DNA of 32,000 nt, taken from the NCBI GenBank assembly GCA_030603365.1, contig JAUVXV010000004.1:261569-293568 (forward strand), given 5' to 3'. Positions 22,892 to 30,436 of the stretch are shown in pieces; position 1 is the stretch's first letter, and each line of letters starts with the position of its first letter. The notes under the pieces are model-generated. The model had not been told where the DNA came from, made no database searches, and saw only the letters and a list, made by a program, of their open reading frames with translations. This DNA comes from Candidatus Heimdallarchaeota archaeon (GTDB lineage Archaea > Asgardarchaeota > Heimdallarchaeia > Heimdallarchaeales > Heimdallarchaeaceae). Made by a program: the position numbers and the translations under genes.

Positions 22892-23575
22892 TTAATTCTT
22901 GATAAAAATATAATCATTGCCTTTGAATTTTTCTGGAATTTCTTGCAAATGCCATCCCCTAACCTGTAACGCTAAGAAATTACCTATCATCCAAGGTGTT
23001 ATACTACTGTCTCCATATCTGAAATTCTCTTCAGAAATCCAAGTGCCCTCCTTCTCCTTCAGTTCCAACCATTGATTAATAGAAAGAAAACGACCTGTGT
23101 ATCTAACGCCATAAGATCTCTCTAGTAATTCGGGGATTGACCTAATTAACGTTTGAGCTATCTCTACATTGTCTATATCTTGGCACTCAGCTATAGCATT
23201 CAGCACAGCAGTTTTTGTATTAAAATTGTCTGAAATTCTAGGTTTGGCAGGAGTAAAATACTCAAACGATGGATTGATTGCATTCTCTTCACAAAGAAAA
23301 ACCCTTTCAGTGATTATTCTAAACTTATAGCCTCTAGTAGCAAGAGAAAGAAGGTAAGCTATATCTATATTGTTTAGTTTATATTTCCTTCTAAGAAGTT
23401 TTATTCCATCAACAACCCCTACTTTGCTTTTTGCATCTCCCATACACTCATGGTCATCCAAAACATCAGGAATTGAACGCTTTAAATTAGTTAAGAAATA
23501 CTGGTTTGGTTTATTAGAAAAGTCTATGAAATTTCTTAAAATTTGCGCATTAGCATCCTTTTCTCTGAGTACCAT
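22892..23575 (-). CDS. hypothetical protein embedded between hypC and the hydrogenase soluble-arm operon
   Basis: This 227-aa ORF starts with ATG and is co-directional with hypD-hypC upstream and nuoC-like downstream. It appears soluble and has no motif I recognise. Confidence 0.6.
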   Translation of the reverse strand: MVLREKDANAQILRNFIDFSNKPNQYFLTNLKRSIPDVLDDHECMGDAKSKVGVVDGIKLLRRKYKLNNIDIAYLLSLATRGYKFRIITERVFLCEENAINPSFEYFTPAKPRISDNFNTKTAVLNAIAECQDIDNVEIAQTLIRSIPELLERSYGVRYTGRFLSINQWLELKEKEGTWISEENFRYGDSSITPWMIGNFLALQVRGWHLQEIPEKFKGNDYIFIKN

Positions 23576-23652
23576 TCTGATATTATTTACTAGAATTAAT
23601 CTATTTAACTTATTCGATATTTCTCGATAAAATAAAAGAAAACTAAAGAGAT

Positions 23653-23874
23653 TTATGAACTCAGAATCTCATCCCATAGTTTCAAATCTTCTTTTGCTTG
23701 TTCTGGGTCTAATTTAGAGATAATAAAACCTGTATGAACTAGAACATAGTCCCCTACTTCCAAAGGTTCTTCCAGTAATGAAGTGTCTGCTTCTCTTCTG
23801 ACACCAGTAATGTCCACCATGACTCTTTTCTTACTTACAATTTCACAAATTAAACCTGGAATTGCTAAACACAT
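23653..23874 (-). CDS. hypC: [NiFe]-hydrogenase maturation chaperone HypC
   Basis: The canonical N-terminus MCLAIPG (essential Cys2) begins at the internal ATG 23874, giving a 73-aa OB-fold protein. The 22-aa N-terminal extension in the ORF track (start 23940) overlaps hypD and is rejected. Confidence 0.9.
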   Translation of the reverse strand: MCLAIPGLICEIVSKKRVMVDITGVRREADTSLLEEPLEVGDYVLVHTGFIISKLDPEQAKEDLKLWDEILSS

Positions 23875-23927
23875 GTTGTTCACATCTACTTTTCTTATTA
23901 GATAATTAACTCTTTTTATTCGGCAAA

Positions 23928-25031
23928 TTATTCTTCCCACATTATCTCTTCGTATGTAGCTGCTACATTACAAGTTCCTTCATGACTAACCATACATGCA
24001 CCAATTGGGTGATCAGGTCTACATGCTTTTTTAAAGAGCTTGCATTGGTGTGGTTTGGATTTACCAATTAGAATTTCATCACAGATGCAACCACCTTGGA
24101 GATCTGTAGATGGTAATTCCGGAATATTGTACTTCTTCTTTGCGTCAATGTAACTATACTTTGCACTAATTTCATGACCAGTATCCGGCCATACGCCTAA
24201 TCCCCTCCATCTTGCCTCTGAAACTTGGTAAGCTTCCTCTAAAGTTCTAAGAGCTGCAACATTTCCTTCATATTTTACATATCGTTTGTAATCATTATCA
24301 ACGCGTGCTGTGCCTTCTTTGATTTGCTTTAATAGCGAATAGATACCCATTAGTATATCTACGGGTTCAAAACCAGCAATAGATACTGGAAAGTTGTATT
24401 TTTCTGCAATAAAGCCATAGGGCTTAGCTCCAATAATTGTAGAAACATGTCCTGGGGCAAGAAAACCTTGGAACTCTAAATCATCACGTTGAACCAATAA
24501 TTCCATCGCTGGAGGGACAAGCTTGTGAGAAGAATAGATGCTGAAATTTGGTAATTTAGTTCGAATAACTTCTGCAGCTGTTACACAAGATGTAGTTTCA
24601 AATCCAACACTGAAGAAAAGAAAATCTCTATCCGGTGTTTGTTCAGCTAGTTTTAATGCATCAGACACACTATAAACAACACGAACATCCACACCTCTTC
24701 CTTGAGCTTGATAGAGTGACTCTTTTGAACCTGGGACGCGCATCATATCACCAAAAGTGGTGATAATAACATTATGATTATCAGCAACCCAAAGAACTTC
24801 ATCTACATCTCGGGCAGAACTCACGCACACTGGACAGCCAGGACCTGCAATCAAATCAATCTCTTTCGGTAACAACGAACGTAATCCAGCTTTTACTAAA
24901 TCATGTTCATGAGTTCCACAAACATGCATAATACGTATTTTTTCACCTATTTCTTCTGTTAACTGTGTAATTTTTTTAATCAGAGCATCAACTATTTTTT
25001 TATCTCTGTATTTTTGTGTAGGTTCTGACAT
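23928..25031 (-). CDS. hypD: [NiFe]-hydrogenase maturation Fe-S protein HypD
   Basis: The motifs CGTHEH and GPGCPVCV are present, along with a C-terminal Cys cluster (GGCICDEI...CKLF...ACMVSHEGTC). Confidence 0.93.
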   Translation of the reverse strand: MSEPTQKYRDKKIVDALIKKITQLTEEIGEKIRIMHVCGTHEHDLVKAGLRSLLPKEIDLIAGPGCPVCVSSARDVDEVLWVADNHNVIITTFGDMMRVPGSKESLYQAQGRGVDVRVVYSVSDALKLAEQTPDRDFLFFSVGFETTSCVTAAEVIRTKLPNFSIYSSHKLVPPAMELLVQRDDLEFQGFLAPGHVSTIIGAKPYGFIAEKYNFPVSIAGFEPVDILMGIYSLLKQIKEGTARVDNDYKRYVKYEGNVAALRTLEEAYQVSEARWRGLGVWPDTGHEISAKYSYIDAKKKYNIPELPSTDLQGGCICDEILIGKSKPHQCKLFKKACRPDHPIGACMVSHEGTCNVAATYEEIMWEE

Positions 25032-25141
25032 TTAAATGACACCTTAATGCTCTTTGAGGATGCACAAATAGTATAAATAAATAACTTCTTCTCTTGGACA
25101 AAATGTCCTTTACATATACAATAAATTTCTAATAGAATTGA

Positions 25142-25206
25142 AATTCTTCTGAAAATGATTTATTTTTAGATATTATCTCATCTAGCAATTCTTCTGAAAA
25201 GCATTT
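25142..25206. promoter_or_regulatory. two copies of AATTCTTCTGAAAA-nn-ATTT, 45 bp apart, in the hypD/flavodoxin divergent intergenic region
   Basis: A perfect 14-nt direct repeat occurs at 25142-25155 and 25187-25200, each followed by nnATTT. The second copy ends about 40 nt upstream of the flavodoxin ATG. Confidence 0.35.
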
Positions 25207-25244
25207 CATTAGTTTTAAATAATATTTAATGAAGGGTAGTGCAT

Positions 25245-25793
25245 ATGAAGATTCTTGTAACTTACTTCAGTCAAACAGGAAACACAAAGAAAATTGCAGA
25301 AGCAATTCATGAAACTATATCACAAAATCATGATTCATTTTTAAAAGATTTTAATGAAATAACTATAGATGAGTTGGACCTTTATGATCTAGTTTTTCTA
25401 GGGTCTGCTTGTCATCATGCTAATCTAGCACCACCAGTTCTGAAGTTTATTGAAAATATACCTAAATCACCAAAATTCAAACTTGCTGGTTTTGTAACAC
25501 ACTCTACATATCCTCCTGAAGGTTCAGAAAGACATGCTGAAATGTTCGAGCAATGGGGGAGTAAATGCGCTAAAACCTATGAACGACTTCAGAATGAGAA
25601 AGGCATAGATTACAAAGGTTACTTCCGATGCATGGGGATACCTTCGAAACCAATTGAACAATTCATAAATAAACAAATCATTCCTGATGAGGATGAATGG
25701 GCTGAATACATAGATGTAATTGTTAAACATCTTGATGAATCAGATATAGAAAATGCGAAAAAGTTTGCAAAAGAAGTTCTTGACAAATGCTAG
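25245..25793 (+). CDS. flavodoxin
   Basis: The N-terminus MKILVTYFSQTGNTKKIAEAIHE is the canonical flavodoxin FMN phosphate loop. ATG at 25245 is preferred over GTG at 25239. Confidence 0.8.
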   Translation: MKILVTYFSQTGNTKKIAEAIHETISQNHDSFLKDFNEITIDELDLYDLVFLGSACHHANLAPPVLKFIENIPKSPKFKLAGFVTHSTYPPEGSERHAEMFEQWGSKCAKTYERLQNEKGIDYKGYFRCMGIPSKPIEQFINKQIIPDEDEWAEYIDVIVKHLDESDIENAKKFAKEVLDKC

Positions 25794-25943
25794 ATTACTC
25801 AATAAAACTTTTCATGATTATAAACAGTTTATTATTTCCTTGGCACCTTAAAGGATGAATCGTAAATAGTTTATAGATTACTTTGTATACGTTTATTAAT
25901 GTGAAAATGTATTTTTATTTTTGAGATTAAAAGGTTTATATCA

Positions 25944-26450
25944 ATGAAATTAAAGGATTATCTTCTAGTAACAATAACTTGGATATCTATATTGATACAG
26001 ATTATTCTAACATTTGTTCTATGGGATAACTACTATGATATTTATGGTTTGGTTATCGTGGGATACATTTTTTGGTGCTTATCAATTGTTTTTGGTGTTT
26101 TACCAATCATCTCATTTCGAAGGAAGGGGAGAGTTCCAAAAAAAACTAGCTATATACATACTACTCAAATGGTTGATACTGGAATATATGCAATTGTTAG
26201 ACATCCGCAATTTCTTGCTGGAATCCTGTGGAGTATTGCTTTAGCGCTAATCTCACAGCATTGGGTTGTCGATGTTTTGCTAATTCCTGTTATAATTACT
26301 ACATATTTTGATACCCTTGAAGCAAATAAAAAACTTATTGAAAAGTTTGGAGAGGATTATATCGAATATATGAAGAGAGTACCAAATCTAAATGCACTTT
26401 GGGGAATTATTCTGTTGTTTTATCAGAAGATTAAAAGAATAAAAAACTGA
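25944..26450 (+). CDS. isoprenylcysteine carboxyl methyltransferase (ICMT)/phospholipid methyltransferase-family membrane protein
   Basis: It is multi-TM and carries the family motif TGIYAIVRHPQFLAGILW (G-x-Y-x-x-x-RHP-x-Y). Confidence 0.72.
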   Translation: MKLKDYLLVTITWISILIQIILTFVLWDNYYDIYGLVIVGYIFWCLSIVFGVLPIISFRRKGRVPKKTSYIHTTQMVDTGIYAIVRHPQFLAGILWSIALALISQHWVVDVLLIPVIITTYFDTLEANKKLIEKFGEDYIEYMKRVPNLNALWGIILLFYQKIKRIKN

Positions 26451-26473
26451 ATAATTGAAAAGAATAGACCATT

Positions 26474-27253
26474 CTATTTCAGAAACTCTTTAGGAATATA
26501 TATAGCAAACTTACATTCCAGAGCACCAGTAAGAGGTGTTTCTAGAGGTTTAACCTTAACTGATTGATCAAAGATTATATCCCAGTATTGTTTAAAGAAT
26601 CCTGCACTGCAATTACAGAAGTTGGATGAGATATCTTTTTCTTCTCCTTTTTTAATGGCCCCTCGTACCCATGCACAGTAGCAGCTAAAGTATCTTTTCA
26701 TTTTTCTATCTTCAGCACTTAGAAATTTTTCCATCTGATAAGGTATTTTTGTGACTATGATTTTGTTCCCTTCTCTTATTCCTGGAGTTATAGTTTTACT
26801 ATTCTTTACATAATTGATAACTTCAGCATTGATATATTGAGCATATTCTAATGTTCCTTCTTTTGCATGTTTTTCAAGTCTCTCAACAAATTCTTGTTTC
26901 TTTATTTTCAGAAATTCATCTATATCATTTATGTTCAAGAAATCTTCTCTGTCTTTTTTGATGGGTTCAATTGGACGACCATGCAAACAAGGAGCTAATA
27001 ACTCAATTGTTTTTTCTTCTCCTATTGCTTCTTCAAGTCTTTTCATTACTATCTTAGTTACTTCTGGCTTATTATCTGGATTTGAACCTAAAGGAGGAAT
27101 AACTATATTTTCAAAAATTCTCTCACGAATGTCTTCACCATGTTTTTCTGCAATTCGGACAGAGAGATTATCCATAGCATTATAGGCTTCCACAATATCA
27201 ATTAGTTCAACTACAAAATCATACTTTTTTACAAAATTAGCATAGTTAAACAA
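26474..27253 (-). CDS. hypothetical Cys-rich protein (putative metal-binding C-terminal domain)
   Basis: This 259-aa ORF carries a C-terminal cysteine pattern, FSCYCAWVRG...FCNCSAGFFKQYWD...ECKF. The start is TTG at 27253. I am not confident of the family. Confidence 0.55.
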   Translation of the reverse strand: MFNYANFVKKYDFVVELIDIVEAYNAMDNLSVRIAEKHGEDIRERIFENIVIPPLGSNPDNKPEVTKIVMKRLEEAIGEEKTIELLAPCLHGRPIEPIKKDREDFLNINDIDEFLKIKKQEFVERLEKHAKEGTLEYAQYINAEVINYVKNSKTITPGIREGNKIIVTKIPYQMEKFLSAEDRKMKRYFSCYCAWVRGAIKKGEEKDISSNFCNCSAGFFKQYWDIIFDQSVKVKPLETPLTGALECKFAIYIPKEFLK

Positions 27254-27267
27254 GGCACGAATAAAAT

Positions 27268-27471
27268 CTAAAACTGTTCTTGATCTTCATTAACAAGATG
27301 TTGTGTATAATCTAAGATTATTCCTTTTGGTATTGAATTTAGTTTTAAATTCTTTTTTTCAAGAAATTTTCTGAATTCATCTAAACTTGTTGAGAAGATA
27401 AGAACTTGGTCTTTTTGTATGCCTTTCTGTTTGAGATGCTTTTCAAATGTTTCATCAATCAAGATTATCAC
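27268..27471 (-). CDS. small hypothetical ORF (67 aa), uncertain
   Basis: This ATG-initiated ORF ends 15 nt upstream of the next gene, in a different frame. There are no motifs. It could be a real small protein or the frameshifted 5' part of the downstream gene. Confidence 0.3.
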   Translation of the reverse strand: MIILIDETFEKHLKQKGIQKDQVLIFSTSLDEFRKFLEKKNLKLNSIPKGIILDYTQHLVNEDQEQF

Positions 27472-27563
27472 ATTTTGACTTTTTTTTCAAATGAGGTTAT
27501 TTGCTTGATTCTTGTTTCTTAGACAGTTATATATTCTCTGTCTAGATATTAAAATAGAAATAG

Positions 27564-27591
27564 AAAATGAAAACAAGACCGAGTTGGTCTT
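27564..27591 (-). terminator. hairpin plus T-rich tail after the secreted-protein gene
   Basis: The minus strand directly after stop 27597 reads AAGACC-AACTC-GGTCTT (6-bp stem) followed by GTTTTCATTTTC. Confidence 0.4.
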
Positions 27592-27596
27592 CTTTC

Positions 27597-28316
27597 TTAT
27601 TTTCTTTTGCTCTTGAACTTAGCTTTTGATACAATAAATCCTAGAACAAATATTCCTGATAAAACACCAATTGTTGATATTGGTAGCCCTGTTGTATCAG
27701 TATTGTCGTCTGGTAACTCGCATTCATTGTCGAATTCATCGACCCAGCCAGAATTGGGGGCTATGTCTTCTAGTGTACTTAATGTGCTTGCTCTGGCCAC
27801 TCCTTGAACAACATAACCTGTTCCAAGTGGTTGTTCTCTGTAAATTGCACCATTTATATCGAAAGTTATATTATAATCTGAAACAACTGCAATATCCAAA
27901 TCTGGGATTACATCTTCCCAACTGTTGCCATCCCAGTAAAATGTTCCTTCTACTTTGTCACTTCCATCAGATGTGAGATAATAGCGATATGCTAGGATAT
28001 AAGAAGTATTTAGCCATTGATCACCATTCCATCTACAATCGAAATGAGCTCTATATTCGAATACTTCTTCACTCCAATTTGTTGTATCTGGATAAGTATC
28101 ATGCATACTTGTGTCAATCAAGATGTTGTAATGTCTCCAAATGTTTGCTCCACTATCATTGAAATATGGATTTTCGTTCAAAGTAATCGTTAAAGATGTT
28201 TTAGAGATTGATAGTTTTGTGATATCAAAATAGGTTGCAGAAGCATCTCCAACGGTATCATTTTCCCAACCAGCATAAATTGAATTTGTATTAATTATTG
28301 TTACAAACAATAACAC
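27597..28316 (-). CDS. secreted/cell-surface protein with C-terminal TM anchor and Lys/Arg-rich tail
   Basis: The C-terminus reads GLPISTIGVLSGIFVLGFIVSKAKFKSKRK. The N-terminus LLFVTIINTNSIYA/G looks like the h- and c-regions of a signal peptide. The only standard start is GTG at 28316 (see finding). Confidence 0.6.
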   Translation of the reverse strand: MLLFVTIINTNSIYAGWENDTVGDASATYFDITKLSISKTSLTITLNENPYFNDSGANIWRHYNILIDTSMHDTYPDTTNWSEEVFEYRAHFDCRWNGDQWLNTSYILAYRYYLTSDGSDKVEGTFYWDGNSWEDVIPDLDIAVVSDYNITFDINGAIYREQPLGTGYVVQGVARASTLSTLEDIAPNSGWVDEFDNECELPDDNTDTTGLPISTIGVLSGIFVLGFIVSKAKFKSKRK

Positions 28317-28412
28317 TATTGTTAAAATGGAAATAATAATACTTCGTCTTCTTATACTATAATATCAATTTAATTTGTTAAAAACCTAACTTAAATTGCA
28401 AGTTAATACTTC

Positions 28413-28964
28413 TTACACAGTTGTATCGCTTTTCTTTGTATTGGTTAGGTTTATTCTTTCAACAAGTAATTCTGCAAATTCATCTCCCGCTTCCTTACAT
28501 TCTCTTGATAAAGGAATTTGGAAAAACAGTTGTTTAGGTTGAATACCTACATACAACGTTACCAAATCTGGAATTTCTGGTTTCAGAAATTCTTCTAACA
28601 TTGTCAAAGATAATGAATGAGTGGACAAATGAAACCCACTAGAAACTGCTTCTTTTGGGAATATTCCAATTGCTCCTGGAATTTCTTTCATATCTGCTGC
28701 ATCTAATAAAATAATACGATTTGGACCAAATTTTCTTATTTTTCCAAGAAAATGTTCAGGTACTTTTTCACAATAAAAATTAGTAACCCATTCTGGTAGA
28801 TTTTCTTCTTGAAGGATTTTGAGAATATACAAACCTACTGCATCATCACCGTTATCTTCATTTCCAATGCCTAGAATTGCCAGTTTGTTTGCATTAACTA
28901 AAAAATCATCTATTGCTTTGATGAACTCTTCTGTAAAAGGTTCCTTAGCCTCTTTACTATTCAT
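28413..28964 (-). CDS. [NiFe]-hydrogenase maturation endopeptidase (HycI/HybD family)
   Basis: It carries the signature LGIGNEDNGDDAVGLYI (G-x-G-N-x-x-x-x-DD-x-x-G) and a downstream His-containing segment (HLSTHSLSL). It is consistent with the C-terminal extension on the large subunit. Confidence 0.8.
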   Translation of the reverse strand: MNSKEAKEPFTEEFIKAIDDFLVNANKLAILGIGNEDNGDDAVGLYILKILQEENLPEWVTNFYCEKVPEHFLGKIRKFGPNRIILLDAADMKEIPGAIGIFPKEAVSSGFHLSTHSLSLTMLEEFLKPEIPDLVTLYVGIQPKQLFFQIPLSRECKEAGDEFAELLVERINLTNTKKSDTTV

Positions 28965-29028
28965 TGGTTGAAAATTAATAGTCTCTTGATAAGTTCTTCT
29001 TTTGAAGTAAAAATAAGGATATAATAGT

Positions 29029-29907
29029 TTAGTTTTTAATATCCTTTAGAAACTCAAGAACAACTTTGCTACACTCTTCCGGAAAGAACAGCCACACATG
29101 TGCATGCTTCCCTCCTTTGATGTGAACAATCTTACTTTCAGAGAGTAAAGATCTGAAGTATTTCAGTGCATTTCTGAATTTTTCGTTTTTCCAATTTTCT
29201 TCCCTTGGAAGAAAAAGTACAGGAATTTTGATGCTTTGATAGTATTCTTCAAATTTTGTTGTCCAATAATTCTGCATATAACTTTCACTTACCCAAAGAG
29301 GTACTGTTCCAGTATACTTCCCTTCAGGGGTTTTGTATATCTCATACTCTGCCATTGTCTTGACATGTTCATTCCAAAAACCACGGGGTTCATACGTGTC
29401 CTTTAGTTTTTTAAGTAATTCCTCTGGCGAATCATAAAAAACTTGAGATGCTCTAATTCTCTCAAGCATTTGCTCACTTTCTTTCTTCTTATCTTCTTCT
29501 GAAGGATTACTTAATCCATAGTGACCATAAACATTGTTCATTGCGCTGCCTTCAACAACCACAGAAAGCACTTTATCAGCATATCTTGCTGCAATACTTA
29601 CAGATAGTTCAGCACCAAGAGAACTCCCAACAAAGTGGGCATGATTTATACCAAGTTTCTCCATTAGTACAATAATATCATCTGCCATTTCATCAATATG
29701 ATAGTTTGTTTTTGGTTTATCTGAAAGACCATGACCTCGGTAATCGATTAATATTAACCTGTATTTATCTTTGAAATAAGGTATTACTCCATTCCACATT
29801 GCAAGCGATGAAAACCCAAAGTGCAAGAAAATAACGGTCTCTTTTTCACAAGGATATTCGTTATAATGTATTTTTATTTTATTAACTTCTATATACTTAT
29901 CAATCAT
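29029..29907 (-). CDS. alpha/beta-fold hydrolase
   Basis: It has an HG oxyanion region (VIFLHFGFSS), DYRGHGLSD, the nucleophile elbow GSSLG and a C-terminal GGKHAH. GAGGAG lies upstream of the ATG. Confidence 0.85.
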   Translation of the reverse strand: MIDKYIEVNKIKIHYNEYPCEKETVIFLHFGFSSLAMWNGVIPYFKDKYRLILIDYRGHGLSDKPKTNYHIDEMADDIIVLMEKLGINHAHFVGSSLGAELSVSIAARYADKVLSVVVEGSAMNNVYGHYGLSNPSEEDKKKESEQMLERIRASQVFYDSPEELLKKLKDTYEPRGFWNEHVKTMAEYEIYKTPEGKYTGTVPLWVSESYMQNYWTTKFEEYYQSIKIPVLFLPREENWKNEKFRNALKYFRSLLSESKIVHIKGGKHAHVWLFFPEECSKVVLEFLKDIKN

Positions 29908-30037
29908 ACTGAGTCTCCTCTTTGTTTTTTACTAAGCAAAATTTCACAAATTTACTCTGTTATATATCTGCAGTTTAAATGACCTAAAATAGCAATGTTT
30001 AAAATAGTCTGACTCCTTTTTGCAATTACGAAACTGA

Positions 30038-30370
30038 GTCGATAGCAACGACTAGCCGGGGACCTAGGGCGTCCTTGTACCAGAAGCGCTCTATATGCTG
30101 GGGTGAAATCTGTTGCTGAGGCTTCGTTGAAGTTGATACGCCTTATCCGGAAAGTGTCGAAGCGTCGACCCGCAGGACTGTGTATTTCAGAGGCGATTTC
30201 AGAGGAAATCGTTAGAAAGGATAAGATCAAAATGGGCCAGGCACGGAAGTGAGAAGCTCTAAGATCGATATGTGGTGCTTACGGTCATCGGCGTGGAGCT
30301 TATGGGTAAGAAACGGCTTCTGATGCGATGTCGAACTTCAGGTCGCTATGTTCGGCTCAGTTGTCGACCA
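30038..30370 (+). ncRNA. signal recognition particle RNA (archaeal 7S/SRP RNA)
   Basis: The region is a GC-rich island. The helix-8 signature GGCCAGGC-AC-GGAA-GU-GAGAAGC-UCUAAG at 30234-30263 compares with the archaeal CCAGGCCCGGAAGGGAGCAAC and has a GGAA tetraloop. The 5' and 3' ends pair (GUCGAUAGC with GUUGUCGAC, and AGCCGGG with UUCGGCU). T6 follows at 30371-30376. Exact ends are approximate. Confidence 0.7.
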
Positions 30371-30376
30371 TTTTTT
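30371..30376 (+). terminator. oligo-T tract after the SRP RNA
   Basis: TTTTTT follows directly after the terminal helix. Confidence 0.4.
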
Positions 30377-30436
30377 CCAAAAACTCTATTAATAACCAAA
30401 TTTTACTTAACTTCCTTAAGAATTCAATGTGAGACA

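Noticed and set aside
23875-23940. 22-aa N-terminal extension of HypC from the ORF track
   Set aside because: HypC function requires the N-terminal Met-Cys. The canonical MCLAIPG begins at the internal ATG 23874, and the extension would overlap the end of hypD.
27268-27471. Faint resemblance of the 67-aa ORF to the N-terminal SAM-like domain of tyrosine recombinases, hinting at a mobile element
   Set aside because: The similarity is only a vague helical pattern. No catalytic recombinase domain, att-like repeats or other mobile-element genes lie nearby.
29952-30436. ORF 29952..30230 (minus strand) and the N-terminal 55 codons of ORF 30272..31930
   Set aside because: Both overlap the GC-rich SRP RNA gene. 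Their peptides are Arg/Ser/Cys-rich and low in plausibility. The TPR protein has a good internal ATG at 30437 just after the RNA terminator.
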